Origin: a virus
Virus record (IMG/VR): IMGVR_UViG_3300042452_000950
Coordinates: 2,457-66,456 of that record
Length of the DNA stretch: 64,000 bases
Reading direction: 5' to 3' (one strand)
Part shown: in pieces, positions 1 to 9,796 of the stretch
How positions within the stretch are numbered: position 1 is the first letter of the stretch
How the letters are laid out: each line of letters begins with the position of its first letter
Program-made: the position numbers and the translations under genes
The notes under the pieces: model-generated
What the model saw: only the letters and a program-made list of their open reading frames with translations
Database searches by the model: none
What the model was told of the DNA's origin: nothing

Positions 1-1
1 G

Positions 2-2212
2 CCGAAAGAAATGGCGATGACGATCTACAAGCCGTTTGTTGTGAAACGTCTTGTTACCTCAGGTTATGATCCTGTGCGCGCAAGAGATCTAGCAGAAAAA
101 CGAGACGATCTAGCGATGCGTATGCTGGAACTTGAAGTGCAAGAGCGACCAGCGATTATGACGCGTGCTCCGTCGTTGCATAAGTTCAACCTTCAGGCGT
201 TCATTCCAAAACTAATTGACGGTAGGGCGGTCGAGGTGAATCCGCTAATCGTGGCTGGTTACAACATGGATTTCGACGGCGACACCGCTGGTATCCATGT
301 TCCTGTATCTGAAGAAGCCAGAAGAGAAGCAATTGATAAGATGCTTCCTAGTAAAAATCTACTGGAAGTACGCCGAGACGCTTTGATGCACGCTCCGTCA
401 AGAGAGACGACCCACGGTATTTATCTAATGACCACACCGAAGGGTGAGCCAGTTGCCTTCCCTAACAAGGAGGCAGCGATGGCAGCGTATTCTGCGAAGA
501 AAATTAAAGTGAACCAGGCTATCAAGATTGGTACCGCTGTGCAGTGTGTGGGACAGTATCTATTTGATTCGCTGTTACCGCAACAACTCAAGGTCGGTGC
601 AGTTCCTGTTAACGCTAAAAAGCTCGACGAGGTACTTTTAAGAGTTTCTAAGGAACTCAAGTCTGATCAGGCAGCCGACTTAATTTCAAAGGTCAAGGAT
701 CTCGGAAACCACTACGTCACTGAGGTAGGTTTCAGCATTTCGTTGGATGACCTAGAAATTGATCGCAAGAAACGCGATCAGTTGTTGGCGCAAGCTAAGA
801 AAGACATTCCAGTCAAGGGATTCGCTCCTGTCGCGAACAATCTTGTGAAGGATGTGGCCGGATTAGTAGCGTCACACACTGATAATCGATTTGTTGATCT
901 CGCGTTTGTTTCCGGCGCTCTTGGTAAGCGTGGAGATGTTGCGCGTCTAGTCGCAACGCCTGTTGCCGTAGAAGACCACAAAGGAAGAGTGGTCCCGATC
1001 CTTATCGAGAAATCTTACGCTGAGGGACATGACATCGGATCGTACATGGCAGCGACTCCCGGCGCTAGAAAAGGCATGATAGATAAGGGTCTGACCGTAG
1101 CCGACACCGGCTACTTCAACCGCCGAGTTGTTAACTCCGCAATTGAATACAAAGTAATCATGCCCGATTGCGGTACGTCGCTCGGCGTTAAGATGCCGCT
1201 AACATCATCAGAAATTTATGACAGATTTGGTGTATCCGCGGAGCTTAAGGATAAGTTGATCACGCCTGAACTCGCAAGACAATTGCTAGCTAAGGGCAAA
1301 ACCGATATTGTTGTGCGATCTCCTTTAACATGTCAGGCTGCGGGTGGAGTATGCGCTAAATGTTTCGGACTTACCGAAAACGGTCAGTTGGCTCCTATCG
1401 GTCTTCATATTGGAGCACTAGCAGGTCAAACAGTCGGAGAACGTGCCACGCAAATCACCCTCAAGAGTTTCCATTCAGGCGGGGCAATCGGAGGCGCGAA
1501 GATCGGATTTGATCGTATCTCTGAACTAGTTGAGATGCCGCAGAACGTCAAAAATAAAGCCACGCTCGCCTCTGTTGCAGGAAAAATTACTAAGATTGAG
1601 CAGTCCCCAACTGGTGGTTGGTATGTAACAGTAGACAAAACTAGACACTTCGTTCCCCAAGAGTTGGGACTAGGTGTTAGCTCTGGACAGACTGTTCAAG
1701 CAGGAGAGCAGCTGAGCAAGAGCGGATCAATTAAGCCACAAGAACTTTTAGAGTACACTGGAAGCGTTAACCGTGTCCGTGATTACCTAGTTGACGAGTT
1801 GGCAAAGAATTACAGCAAGGAACAGGGCGCTTACGTCAAACGTAAACTAATTGAAACGATTGTTAGACCTCTAACCGATAAGGCGACTGTAACTGATCCA
1901 GGAGACGCCGGTGCTAAGTTCGGAGTTTACCCCGGAGATCTTCTCCAGATCAACGCGATCAAGGATATGAACCGCAAATTGCGAGAAACCGGCAAGAAAG
2001 AGATTCAGTTCAATCCGACACTTTACGGTATCAACTCTGCTCCGTTTACAAGCGGTGATTTTGTTGGAATGCTGATTCACGAAAGACTCAAGGACCAACT
2101 ATCTAAAGCGCCCGCACTCGCGCTTTCGACTGATTTAGAGGTCGGACATCCAATGGCCAGACTGGCTCTGAAAAACCTTAAGAGCATCGAGGATATCAAG
2201 AAAGGTCGTTGA
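2..2212 (+). CDS. rpoC: Phage-encoded multisubunit RNA polymerase, beta'-like subunit (C-terminal part; ORF open at window start)
   Basis: RAPSLHKFNLQAF, catalytic NMDFDGD (canonical NADFDGD), bridge helix GARKGMIDKGLTVADTGYFNRR, Zn site DCGT..RSPLTC..GVCAKCFG, trigger loop GERATQITLKSFHSGG; frame reads PKEMAMTIYKPF from position 2, so truncated by the window. Confidence 0.93.
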   Translation, partial: PKEMAMTIYKPFVVKRLVTSGYDPVRARDLAEKRDDLAMRMLELEVQERPAIMTRAPSLHKFNLQAFIPKLIDGRAVEVNPLIVAGYNMDFDGDTAGIHVPVSEEARREAIDKMLPSKNLLEVRRDALMHAPSRETTHGIYLMTTPKGEPVAFPNKEAAMAAYSAKKIKVNQAIKIGTAVQCVGQYLFDSLLPQQLKVGAVPVNAKKLDEVLLRVSKELKSDQAADLISKVKDLGNHYVTEVGFSISLDDLEIDRKKRDQLLAQAKKDIPVKGFAPVANNLVKDVAGLVASHTDNRFVDLAFVSGALGKRGDVARLVATPVAVEDHKGRVVPILIEKSYAEGHDIGSYMAATPGARKGMIDKGLTVADTGYFNRRVVNSAIEYKVIMPDCGTSLGVKMPLTSSEIYDRFGVSAELKDKLITPELARQLLAKGKTDIVVRSPLTCQAAGGVCAKCFGLTENGQLAPIGLHIGALAGQTVGERATQITLKSFHSGGAIGGAKIGFDRISELVEMPQNVKNKATLASVAGKITKIEQSPTGGWYVTVDKTRHFVPQELGLGVSSGQTVQAGEQLSKSGSIKPQELLEYTGSVNRVRDYLVDELAKNYSKEQGAYVKRKLIETIVRPLTDKATVTDPGDAGAKFGVYPGDLLQINAIKDMNRKLRETGKKEIQFNPTLYGINSAPFTSGDFVGMLIHERLKDQLSKAPALALSTDLEVGHPMARLALKNLKSIEDIKKGR

Positions 2213-3291
2213 TGGCCGGTAGCATCCGAGACGCGTTTTCCTCATTCAAAGGATCTAGGACCAGTTCTCAGATCACTACGGGGGAAGTGCGCGCGTATGA
2301 TCCTAGAACAGCACTCTACAAAGTAAAGTTAGACAGCGACCAGTCCATCAAAATGGCTAGGGCGGTATCCACTGGCGGAGCCATTAGACCCTACACTAAT
2401 TACTCAAAGGTGGTGATAGTGCAGTGCGGCGTTGCGGGCTGGTTCATTATGGCTGAATACGTCGCCCCTCAGCCAAACTACGACGTCGCTGCTGCCGGGT
2501 TCAACGCACGAACGATTGCGGCTGAACAGACTGATTTTGGAGCATTCTCAGAAGTTGATTACCGGTTTGGTGGTGGTCAGGCTAACTTTAGAGAAGTGGA
2601 CAGTGACGGTCAAATTGCCCCCTCCGCGTTCTCAGGAGGGGCGAAACTAAGCAACAAGCAGGCAAGGCACGCTGACGAATCCTCTATCCGCATAGAAGAC
2701 TTTGGAGATATTCTCATAGAGGCGTCCAAGATGGCGTTCATGTGGCTATCGAAAAAGACCGAGCGTGTCTTTTTAAAGTGCCGAGAATTTGAGCTACGCT
2801 CAGTTGGTTATCGATTTAATACAGTCTGCCCCTCTGTCGCTGAGGAAGATGAGGCCGAAGTAATTAACAAGGTAACCGTTGCCGCTGAAATTTATCCAGA
2901 CGCGGTAAATTTAAGTCCAGCGGCACGCTGTTACGAGTTCATTAGTGGGTTCCAGCAGTCGTTTGTTGGAACAATTATTAAGTTAGGTCAAATACTTTCG
3001 TTCAAGGCCGACAACACAAACAAGAAAGTGTCGATGGTTCTTGGAAACGATAAGAAGACTACTGTCAATTTTGATGAGTCGAGTGATTCAATCAAAATTG
3101 AAAAAGATGGTCAGGTTATTGAGATGACCCCCACAACATTAGCTTTTACTCATAAGGGTCAATACATAAAGTTGACGGATGCGGGCCTAGAAATAACAGC
3201 TAAAGCCATTCGCATCGATTCGCAGGAACAGACGACAGTCAGCTCCAGTGGACCGGTAACGCTCGTCGGCACAGTGATCAATATGAATTGA
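2212..3291 (+). CDS. Baseplate central spike protein (gp5/gpV/VgrG-like)
   Basis: N-terminal OB-fold-like TGEVRAYDP..YKVKL; C-terminal short beta-strand repeats ending SSGPVTLVGTVINMN; TGATG overlap with the upstream stop. Confidence 0.65.
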   Translation: MAGSIRDAFSSFKGSRTSSQITTGEVRAYDPRTALYKVKLDSDQSIKMARAVSTGGAIRPYTNYSKVVIVQCGVAGWFIMAEYVAPQPNYDVAAAGFNARTIAAEQTDFGAFSEVDYRFGGGQANFREVDSDGQIAPSAFSGGAKLSNKQARHADESSIRIEDFGDILIEASKMAFMWLSKKTERVFLKCREFELRSVGYRFNTVCPSVAEEDEAEVINKVTVAAEIYPDAVNLSPAARCYEFISGFQQSFVGTIIKLGQILSFKADNTNKKVSMVLGNDKKTTVNFDESSDSIKIEKDGQVIEMTPTTLAFTHKGQYIKLTDAGLEITAKAIRIDSQEQTTVSSSGPVTLVGTVINMN

Positions 3292-3338
3292 TGATTCTCA
3301 GTCAAATAGTGTTATAATAGGGTGATTGGATCAAAATC

Positions 3339-3725
3339 ATGACAAGATACACAGTTGGAAGAATGGTTGTCCCGTCGATGAACCAGCCTCCGTACGCGAG
3401 CCCGGGTTCACCGATAAGTTTCAATATTGGCAAGATGCCCGATATTGGCCCAACAACGGCCAGTTTAGGTGTCTATTCTGTATCGGTTAAAAACGTGGGC
3501 ATTACGCCCATCTTCTTCCGCGGAAGAAACGGGACAACACCTACCGCAGGACAGTCTCCTTTTACCAGACTGGATATAGGACATACTGGTGTAATCTATT
3601 ACCAGGGATCTCCCAACAAAGATATCTTTGTGGATCTATTCCAATATCCACATGTCCGATACATCAGTTTTGCTGATGGTGCGTATACTAACGATTACCC
3701 CGGCCAAGTAGAACTAGACGACTAG
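3339..3725 (+). CDS. Hypothetical beta-rich protein, possibly virion-associated
   Basis: 128-aa ORF in the structural operon; 4 Ser-Pro dipeptides. Confidence 0.6.
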   Translation: MTRYTVGRMVVPSMNQPPYASPGSPISFNIGKMPDIGPTTASLGVYSVSVKNVGITPIFFRGRNGTTPTAGQSPFTRLDIGHTGVIYYQGSPNKDIFVDLFQYPHVRYISFADGAYTNDYPGQVELDD

Positions 3726-3738
3726 TCGGAGATAAAAT

Positions 3739-5415
3739 ATGATCAGAAAATTCAAAGGCGAGTCGTTATTCCTTGAGCGGGAACGTGATTTCTCTAAAAC
3801 TGCTGCCATCAAGGTTGGAAAAAATCCTGCTGAATGGCCCACAGAGATAATCGAGATGCTACATGAACAGCATCCGTATTTAGCTGAAAGTAACATCCAG
3901 ATCAGCATGAAGAAAACTGACGAGGATTCAGGAGCCGGGCTCGGTAGTATTGTTATTGATGATAAGGCGATGATCCCCCTTGTTATCGAGAATAACAAGG
4001 TTGCGTCTTTGGATATGTTCTACGACGGTGATCAGCTCTTCCCGATGACTCGGGATAGAATTGAAGCAGTTAGCCGAGGTACTAGCATCGGAAAGCCGGT
4101 AACACCTGCCAAGGGAGAAGTTACTGATAGTTCACTCGTCCAAAGTGTGCATCCTCCGTACGATGGCAAGTACACTTTTGCATCTGATCTTACTTATTCC
4201 AAGAAAGACTTTTCAGATGCTATCAGCCGATCGTTCAGCTATCAAGGCCTAGTTGCCGAACTTTCCAATCCAATCTGGAAAGAAGCGCTAGCGGCTTACA
4301 TCGGTTCGGATAAGAAGACCGTATCCGAGACTACAAACAAACCTGCTTTGGTCAAAAAAGCAAGCTCTGTTTACACAGCTCCTAAACACAGTGGTGTCTA
4401 TGAAGTTGTAACAGAGAAGGGCCCTATGGTCGGTATGTTTGTCAGCCAACTACAAAAGTTCGCTGAGCATAGTGGGCATAGCGGCTTATTCATCAATACT
4501 GCGACAGGGCAGTATTCGAAATTGACAACTGAAGAAGTAGCGGCGCGTGAAGTAAACCAGTTACCTCAGGTCAAGTTAGCCAACTTATCGGGTAAGGGAG
4601 TCTTCGTTGTTCCCGGAGATAAGCACGGCGTAACTGTGACCGATCCTATTGAAATCAAATACCGGGACGGTGATCACTACGAGGCCGTCGATGAATACGG
4701 AAGAAAGTTCACGCTTTATAAGAGTGCTGAATTTGTCAATATCGAGGTTGCCGGACGAGTCATTGGTATCCCAGAGCGCTCGGTATTTGTTCCACTGACT
4801 GAACAGATTAAGCTTGCCAGCCCAAACTTCCTTGACCGAGGCGGCAACCGGCTCGAAATTTCGCGGATGGGTGATAAGTACTTTGCCAAAACTGCGGCAG
4901 AAATCCCAACTGTGTCCGAGCTTCCTGACGACGGTGCTTACATCGACGAAATGATCCTGGCTCTTCAGGCCCACTTTAATGTTGCGCCGATCGAGTCTGA
5001 TTTGCGCAAGTTGGCGAACAAATCTAAGATAAACCTATCTTGGACAACCGCTCCTGTAGTTGAAAAGACCGCCGGAAAAACGATTGAGCTATCTCTTACG
5101 GAAAAATCAGCGCTAACTAAGGTCGCATCGTACTTCGATGAAAAGACCTTGCGCATGATTAAGCTCTCTCAAGAGCAAGGTAAGAAAACAGTAGACGCAC
5201 TTCTCGGACTGAACTTTGTCGGTCCAGAAAACATGCAAAGATTTGTAGACAAAATTGAAACCATTTCTCAAGCACGGCAGGCTGTGGGCGAGTTACTTCT
5301 TGCTTCGAGACTTGGCTTGGATGTTGACCAAATGCCACTTAAGACTGCATTCCAAGCACTAGATAAGATCGAGTCCGAGTTACGACAGTTACGTACCATG
5401 GAAAGTGCCGTATGA
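3739..5415 (+). CDS. Hypothetical head-associated protein rich in K-x-A motifs
   Basis: 558-aa ORF, GGAG RBS; about 15 K-x-A motifs (SKTAA, NKVAS, VKKAS, IKLAS, EKTAG, TKVAS...). Confidence 0.7.
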   Translation: MIRKFKGESLFLERERDFSKTAAIKVGKNPAEWPTEIIEMLHEQHPYLAESNIQISMKKTDEDSGAGLGSIVIDDKAMIPLVIENNKVASLDMFYDGDQLFPMTRDRIEAVSRGTSIGKPVTPAKGEVTDSSLVQSVHPPYDGKYTFASDLTYSKKDFSDAISRSFSYQGLVAELSNPIWKEALAAYIGSDKKTVSETTNKPALVKKASSVYTAPKHSGVYEVVTEKGPMVGMFVSQLQKFAEHSGHSGLFINTATGQYSKLTTEEVAAREVNQLPQVKLANLSGKGVFVVPGDKHGVTVTDPIEIKYRDGDHYEAVDEYGRKFTLYKSAEFVNIEVAGRVIGIPERSVFVPLTEQIKLASPNFLDRGGNRLEISRMGDKYFAKTAAEIPTVSELPDDGAYIDEMILALQAHFNVAPIESDLRKLANKSKINLSWTTAPVVEKTAGKTIELSLTEKSALTKVASYFDEKTLRMIKLSQEQGKKTVDALLGLNFVGPENMQRFVDKIETISQARQAVGELLLASRLGLDVDQMPLKTAFQALDKIESELRQLRTMESAV

Positions 5416-6505
5416 AAGGACAGTCTTGGTTGAGCCGGTATATTCAAGACCGCGCATCGCCAAAGAGTTTAAGATAAATGAGAAAACTCTTAGTTGGTTA
5501 GAGCGAACTGGTCGAATCCATATTGAGTGGAGAGCTGAAAACGGTCTCCTCGTAGCAGAACTATCTGAAGATACTCAAAGAGTTCTCCGGTGTGCTTCGT
5601 CGTCTATACCCGCACTAAAAGTTCCTGAAGGACTAACTCTTCTACCTTTCCAGCGCTTCTTACATTTACGGTTCTTACAGCTTTCTCTGGAGGAACTATA
5701 TCAAGAACTGCAGGATAGGAATCTAATCAATCCTAACGTTTTCCCTTTGAGTCAACTGGAGGCGTTAAGAGAGATGTTCATTGCGGGACTTCCCTTATTG
5801 GTTCAGAGGTCCCTCCGCACTGGAATCCGTCCAGAGACCGATGAAGAAAAGTTGGAACTAGCTACCGTGTTAGACGTCTGCGAGATAGCTGTCGCATATC
5901 AACATCCTGAACTTGAGCAGGCTTTCAAATTCATGACAGAGAGTCCGGTTAAGGACTGTTTAGACTGCGCTTTGAGCACTAAAGCCACACTTGTAGAAGT
6001 GCAGACATTCCTAAAAGAAGTTGCGGACTTTCCTATATCGGTCGAAGGTCTTGCGTTCTATCAATCTGTCTTCCATGATATCTCTCTAGTAAGCCCAGAT
6101 CAGTTTAAAAAATATCTGAAGCTCATAAAACCATCTCTGCGGGCTAAAATGGCTTTAGCAGTTAACTGCACGATAGAAGACTTTAGACTCAAGTCAGGAT
6201 ACGAGCGTGACTTCGAGGTTGATCAAGTTCTCAACGCCTTTAAGGGCGCGCTGACCGATAACCTCATCTCATTGATAAATACGAAAACACCTGACAGCGA
6301 AAAGGCGTTCCACTACACGCTTAGAAGTCTCATGATGGTGATTGACCGACTTGAGAAAGCGGGTCTAAAAAATAAAGGCTCGAATACAAAGTTATTAGAG
6401 TCTCCTGATTTACTAAAATCGATACAATTAGAGCCCCAAGAAATGAGTCGGATGGGCATATTTCGAAGTGTCTCCGACACAGACGTGAACGCTAACCTAA
6501 GTTGA
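5405..6505 (+). CDS. Hypothetical helical protein (terminase small subunit candidate by position only)
   Basis: 366-aa ORF directly upstream of the large terminase; possible N-terminal HTH (RIAKEFKINEKTLSWLER). Confidence 0.55.
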   Translation: MPYERTVLVEPVYSRPRIAKEFKINEKTLSWLERTGRIHIEWRAENGLLVAELSEDTQRVLRCASSSIPALKVPEGLTLLPFQRFLHLRFLQLSLEELYQELQDRNLINPNVFPLSQLEALREMFIAGLPLLVQRSLRTGIRPETDEEKLELATVLDVCEIAVAYQHPELEQAFKFMTESPVKDCLDCALSTKATLVEVQTFLKEVADFPISVEGLAFYQSVFHDISLVSPDQFKKYLKLIKPSLRAKMALAVNCTIEDFRLKSGYERDFEVDQVLNAFKGALTDNLISLINTKTPDSEKAFHYTLRSLMMVIDRLEKAGLKNKGSNTKLLESPDLLKSIQLEPQEMSRMGIFRSVSDTDVNANLS

Positions 6506-6506
6506 T

Positions 6507-8342
6507 ATGCTTAATACATTCGGTGGGACGTTAAGTTACTCTACGCTAGAGTTATTTGAACAGCTCGTTAAAACTGCTGACCCAGCCCAATTAGACGAGG
6601 CGTTTGATTGGGAGGAGTACAATAAGGAAGTAGAGGAACTAGCGCTTGTCGCGGCAGAGACCGCGCAAAGTACACAGGCAAGGCTTGTTAAAGACGATGA
6701 ACAGTTAGCGATAACCCACATCTCGAAAATTGTGGGAGGATTCCTGACAGTAGATGGCCAGCCGTTTTCTTTTGAAGGACGCGAGTACATACGCGGACTG
6801 TACGATCTGGTTAAGGAATATCCATCAGGTTGTAGAAATCAGATCTGGCACACAGGTCGTCAGGTAGAGAAATCGACTAGCCAGGCAGCTAAATCAATCG
6901 CTTTGGGAATAGCTGTTCCTGCTTATAAAACACTGTACATCACGCCACGGTTTGACCAGGTGACTGTATTTTCGCAGCAGCGCTTCAAACCAATGTGCGA
7001 AGATTCTAAAAAAATAGTAGGACGTTGGGTTAAGCCATCTGAGTGTCTATGGCAAGTAGGCGCCAAGCAATTCGCTAACGGCAGCTTTTACAATTTCAGG
7101 TCCTGCTATTTGACCGCAGACAACTCGCGTGGTATTTCGGCCAATCACCTATTGATTGACGAAATCCAGGACATCCTCTCAGAAAATATCCCAATCGTTG
7201 AACAGTGTCAATCGCACTCAAGTGCAGAACTTCGTTTCAGGACGTACGCCGGTACGCCGAAAACTAATAGCAACGTCATTACGCGACGATATCAAAACTC
7301 TTGTCAATTTGAGTGGCTTAGTAAGTGTGGCGCGTGCAACCATTGGAACTATCTAGACGAGAACGTAATCGGAGCACAATTTTTTGAGTGTGTACGTTGC
7401 CATCGAGAGATCGACCCTAAAAATGGACAATGGGTTCCTGCTCGGCCAGAGCTCCTCGATAAGTGCTGGGGTTTCCGTATTCCCCAGATTATGGTACCGT
7501 TCAAATCTCACAAAGACATCAAAGAGCTCCGAGACGATCCACAGACATCTAGACGACAATTCTACAACGAGTGTTTAGGCCTGCCTTATGATGAAGGCGA
7601 ACTTGTCTTAACTGAGAAAGACATGGTTGAGGCAGCCGCTGAAGGTGACGGTAATGAGATGTGGAGCGCGGCGCAGTCCTATGGTTTGTTCCGAAGAGGA
7701 GTTCCAGTATTCGCCGGCATTGATTATGGAACAGCTGAAGGAACAACACCATCTTACACGGTCATAACGATCGGATTCATGAACGCGTACGAGAAGTTCC
7801 AGGTTATTTACATGGAGAAACTTCTTGGAGAGAGGGCCAACCTAGCCAAACAGCCCCACTATCTGAACAGCTTGATGCGAGCGTATGGAGTCAGATGGGT
7901 TGGCGCTGACTGGGGATTTGGTGCACCGATTAACCAACGACTGATTGAAGAGTTTGGCTGGTCTCGCGCAAATGCGCACCATGTGCTCATGGAGTTCCAG
8001 TACGTCAAACAAAAAAACAAAGCCAACTGGAGCAGCAAGGCTTCTCGTTACATGCTTGATCGTAATCAATCAATGAACGACATGATCGACGCGATTAGGA
8101 ACAAAAAGATAGTATTCTTCAAATTTGATGAGCTACGTCCATTTGTCCTAGACTTTACGACTATCTACATCGAATTCGACGATTACCACGGGAACATGCG
8201 ATACGACCATCAAATGCCAGATGACTGTTTTCATTCTCTGAACTACGCGTTCTCGGCAGCTAAACAGTATTACGGTAAACTGACTCCCAAGTTGTTGCCG
8301 GATGTTAACGATGAAGAAAATAACGAATACGATATGATGTAA
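6507..8342 (+). CDS. terL: Terminase large subunit (GpA-like)
   Basis: GRQVEKST Walker A-like, LLIDEIQD Walker B, GTPKT coupling motif, CxxC..CxxC, GQWVP, FYNECLGLPY, nuclease GIDYG and DDCFHSLNY. Confidence 0.92.
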   Translation: MLNTFGGTLSYSTLELFEQLVKTADPAQLDEAFDWEEYNKEVEELALVAAETAQSTQARLVKDDEQLAITHISKIVGGFLTVDGQPFSFEGREYIRGLYDLVKEYPSGCRNQIWHTGRQVEKSTSQAAKSIALGIAVPAYKTLYITPRFDQVTVFSQQRFKPMCEDSKKIVGRWVKPSECLWQVGAKQFANGSFYNFRSCYLTADNSRGISANHLLIDEIQDILSENIPIVEQCQSHSSAELRFRTYAGTPKTNSNVITRRYQNSCQFEWLSKCGACNHWNYLDENVIGAQFFECVRCHREIDPKNGQWVPARPELLDKCWGFRIPQIMVPFKSHKDIKELRDDPQTSRRQFYNECLGLPYDEGELVLTEKDMVEAAAEGDGNEMWSAAQSYGLFRRGVPVFAGIDYGTAEGTTPSYTVITIGFMNAYEKFQVIYMEKLLGERANLAKQPHYLNSLMRAYGVRWVGADWGFGAPINQRLIEEFGWSRANAHHVLMEFQYVKQKNKANWSSKASRYMLDRNQSMNDMIDAIRNKKIVFFKFDELRPFVLDFTTIYIEFDDYHGNMRYDHQMPDDCFHSLNYAFSAAKQYYGKLTPKLLPDVNDEENNEYDMM

Positions 8343-8352
8343 AAATTTAGGT

Positions 8353-8392
8353 AAAGAAAAGAGGCGGAGCCTTGCGGCCCCGCTTCTCCTCT
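8353..8392 (-). terminator. Intrinsic terminator with GCAA tetraloop
   Basis: Minus strand GAAGCGGGGCC-GCAA-GGCTCCGCCTC followed by TTTTCTTT. Confidence 0.75.
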
Positions 8393-8408
8393 GTATACCG
8401 ATTTTGAT

Positions 8409-8606
8409 TCATTTTTCTCTGCTCCTCGTCTTTTTATACGCCTGTTCCCAGAACAGGCGGTGTCGCAGTCGGGCCGCGTATTCTACGGCCTCGTCCTCCC
8501 AGTGGAAATACGCGGCTCTCCAACCCTGTGGGTCGAGCGCGCGGTTTACAACAACCCACCACATTCCGCAGGTGGGTTCGCTCATCATGTAGCATTCAAT
8601 GTCCAT
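8409..8606 (-). CDS. Small hypothetical early-type protein
   Basis: 65 aa, AGGAGG RBS, lies between a repeated promoter motif and a terminator. Confidence 0.65.
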   Translation of the reverse strand: MDIECYMMSEPTCGMWWVVVNRALDPQGWRAAYFHWEDEAVEYAARLRHRLFWEQAYKKTRSREK

Positions 8607-8668
8607 AGGCCCTCCTAGACCCGAACATTATTGAGGACCTCACCGTACCAACGGGCACGGTTCCTCCT

Positions 8669-8709
8669 CAATAATCTTATGCCATATTTAGGGCAGTTTT
8701 GGCTAAAAG
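8669..8709 (-). promoter_or_regulatory. Repeated phage promoter motif TAGCCA-N18-CATAAGATTATTG
   Basis: Near-identical copies at 10629-10669 and 10694-10734; sigma70-like geometry with TGn before CATAAG. Confidence 0.7.
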
Positions 8710-8735
8710 GAAAGGACCCTTGCGGGCCCTCTCCT
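8706..8735 (-). terminator. Intrinsic terminator with GCAA tetraloop, fused to the next promoter
   Basis: AGGAGAGGGCCC-GCAA-GGGTCCTTTCCT then TTT running into TAGCCA. Confidence 0.75.
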
Positions 8736-8740
8736 AACAA

Positions 8741-9163
8741 CTACCGGAGCATGCTGTCCCGGAGAAGATCGAGATCCTTTTGCACCTGAATCTCAAATTT
8801 CTTCTCGTGCTCCAGATCCTCTGTCTTCTTCCTTCCGTGCCATTCAGGCATGCCGTGGGACCGAGAACTCACGGCCCGCTTGATTCGTGCCATCTTCTTG
8901 TTGTCTGAGATTTCATCGACAACCTGGCAGAATTTTCTGCCGGACAGCGGAATCCAGGTTCCGTAAGCAAGCCTGGCCGCGAGCAGAGTCTCGCGCTTGT
9001 TCAGCGGGACCTCATTAACCGACGCCCCGTTGACAATGTCGTCCCGGCGATCGAGCGGGACCAGATATGCGCAGTCTCGGCGCACCCGGACGACCACCCA
9101 GTTTGATGCCCCTTTTGCCAGACGCACCACTTCCGCAATGCGGAACTCTCTTTTTGTGCTCAT
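8741..9163 (-). CDS. Hypothetical basic protein (start MSTKREF)
   Basis: TAATG stop/start overlap with the upstream ORF at 9163-9165. Confidence 0.6.
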   Translation of the reverse strand: MSTKREFRIAEVVRLAKGASNWVVVRVRRDCAYLVPLDRRDDIVNGASVNEVPLNKRETLLAARLAYGTWIPLSGRKFCQVVDEISDNKKMARIKRAVSSRSHGMPEWHGRKKTEDLEHEKKFEIQVQKDLDLLRDSMLR

Positions 9164-9480
9164 TAGTTTGTTGAAGGATCTGTTACAACCAGATCCGGTT
9201 TGTTGAAGTTGCAGAAACATACATCTTGGAGGATGTAATGAACTCGATCCAATTTTTCTTGGAGCGGCAGATCTGAGAGCTTATCCCAGACACTTTCGAT
9301 TAGCCGTCCTGTATACCTACCGCGCAGCCACTCGCTGGCAGCCCACGCGTTTTCCATGTCATGGCGAGTCAGCCCGCCATTAGCCATCTCGAAAAAGATT
9401 TCTGGAGGACTCAGGAATCCTTCCTTGGATGACCAGTACGCAGCGGTCACCAAAGTAGAGAACATTTGTTTGTCTAGCAT
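9163..9480 (-). CDS. Hypothetical protein (start MLDKQMF)
   Basis: AAGGAGG RBS at 9488-9494; the longer ORF-track start runs through a terminator. Confidence 0.65.
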   Translation of the reverse strand: MLDKQMFSTLVTAAYWSSKEGFLSPPEIFFEMANGGLTRHDMENAWAASEWLRGRYTGRLIESVWDKLSDLPLQEKLDRVHYILQDVCFCNFNKPDLVVTDPSTN

Positions 9481-9499
9481 TGTTTTACCTCCTTTGCTA

Positions 9500-9547
9500 G
9501 TAATTTTCTTATGACATAAAAGGAAGGGCCCTTGCGGACCCCTCCTT
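9500..9547 (-). terminator. GCAA-loop terminator followed by partial promoter motif TGTCATAAGA
   Basis: AAGGAGGGGTCC-GCAA-GGGCCCTTCCTTTT-ATGTCATAAGAAAATTAC. Confidence 0.7.
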
Positions 9548-9796
9548 TCATTTTCCACGGAGCCCCTGGAGCTTAGCTTTTTGCTCCAGGAGTTCTTGGC
9601 GATGCGTTGTCACAAATCGCTCAAGGATCTCAAGATCCTCCTCCATGTCATTGATCACGCTGAGCGTCTGTTCGACGTCCGCGTATTGCTTCGGGGTGTT
9701 GGCCCCGATTACCCATCCTGCGACGCTTGAAACGGTGAACATGACCACCATCAATACAAGCATCACGAGAGACAGGAAGCATCCTGCCTTTCTCAT
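9548..9796 (-). CDS. Membrane-anchored coiled-coil protein
   Basis: N-terminal hydrophobic helix FLSLVMLVLMVVMFTV then heptad-like tail; ATGA overlap with the upstream gene. Confidence 0.65.
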   Translation of the reverse strand: MRKAGCFLSLVMLVLMVVMFTVSSVAGWVIGANTPKQYADVEQTLSVINDMEEDLEILERFVTTHRQELLEQKAKLQGLRGK

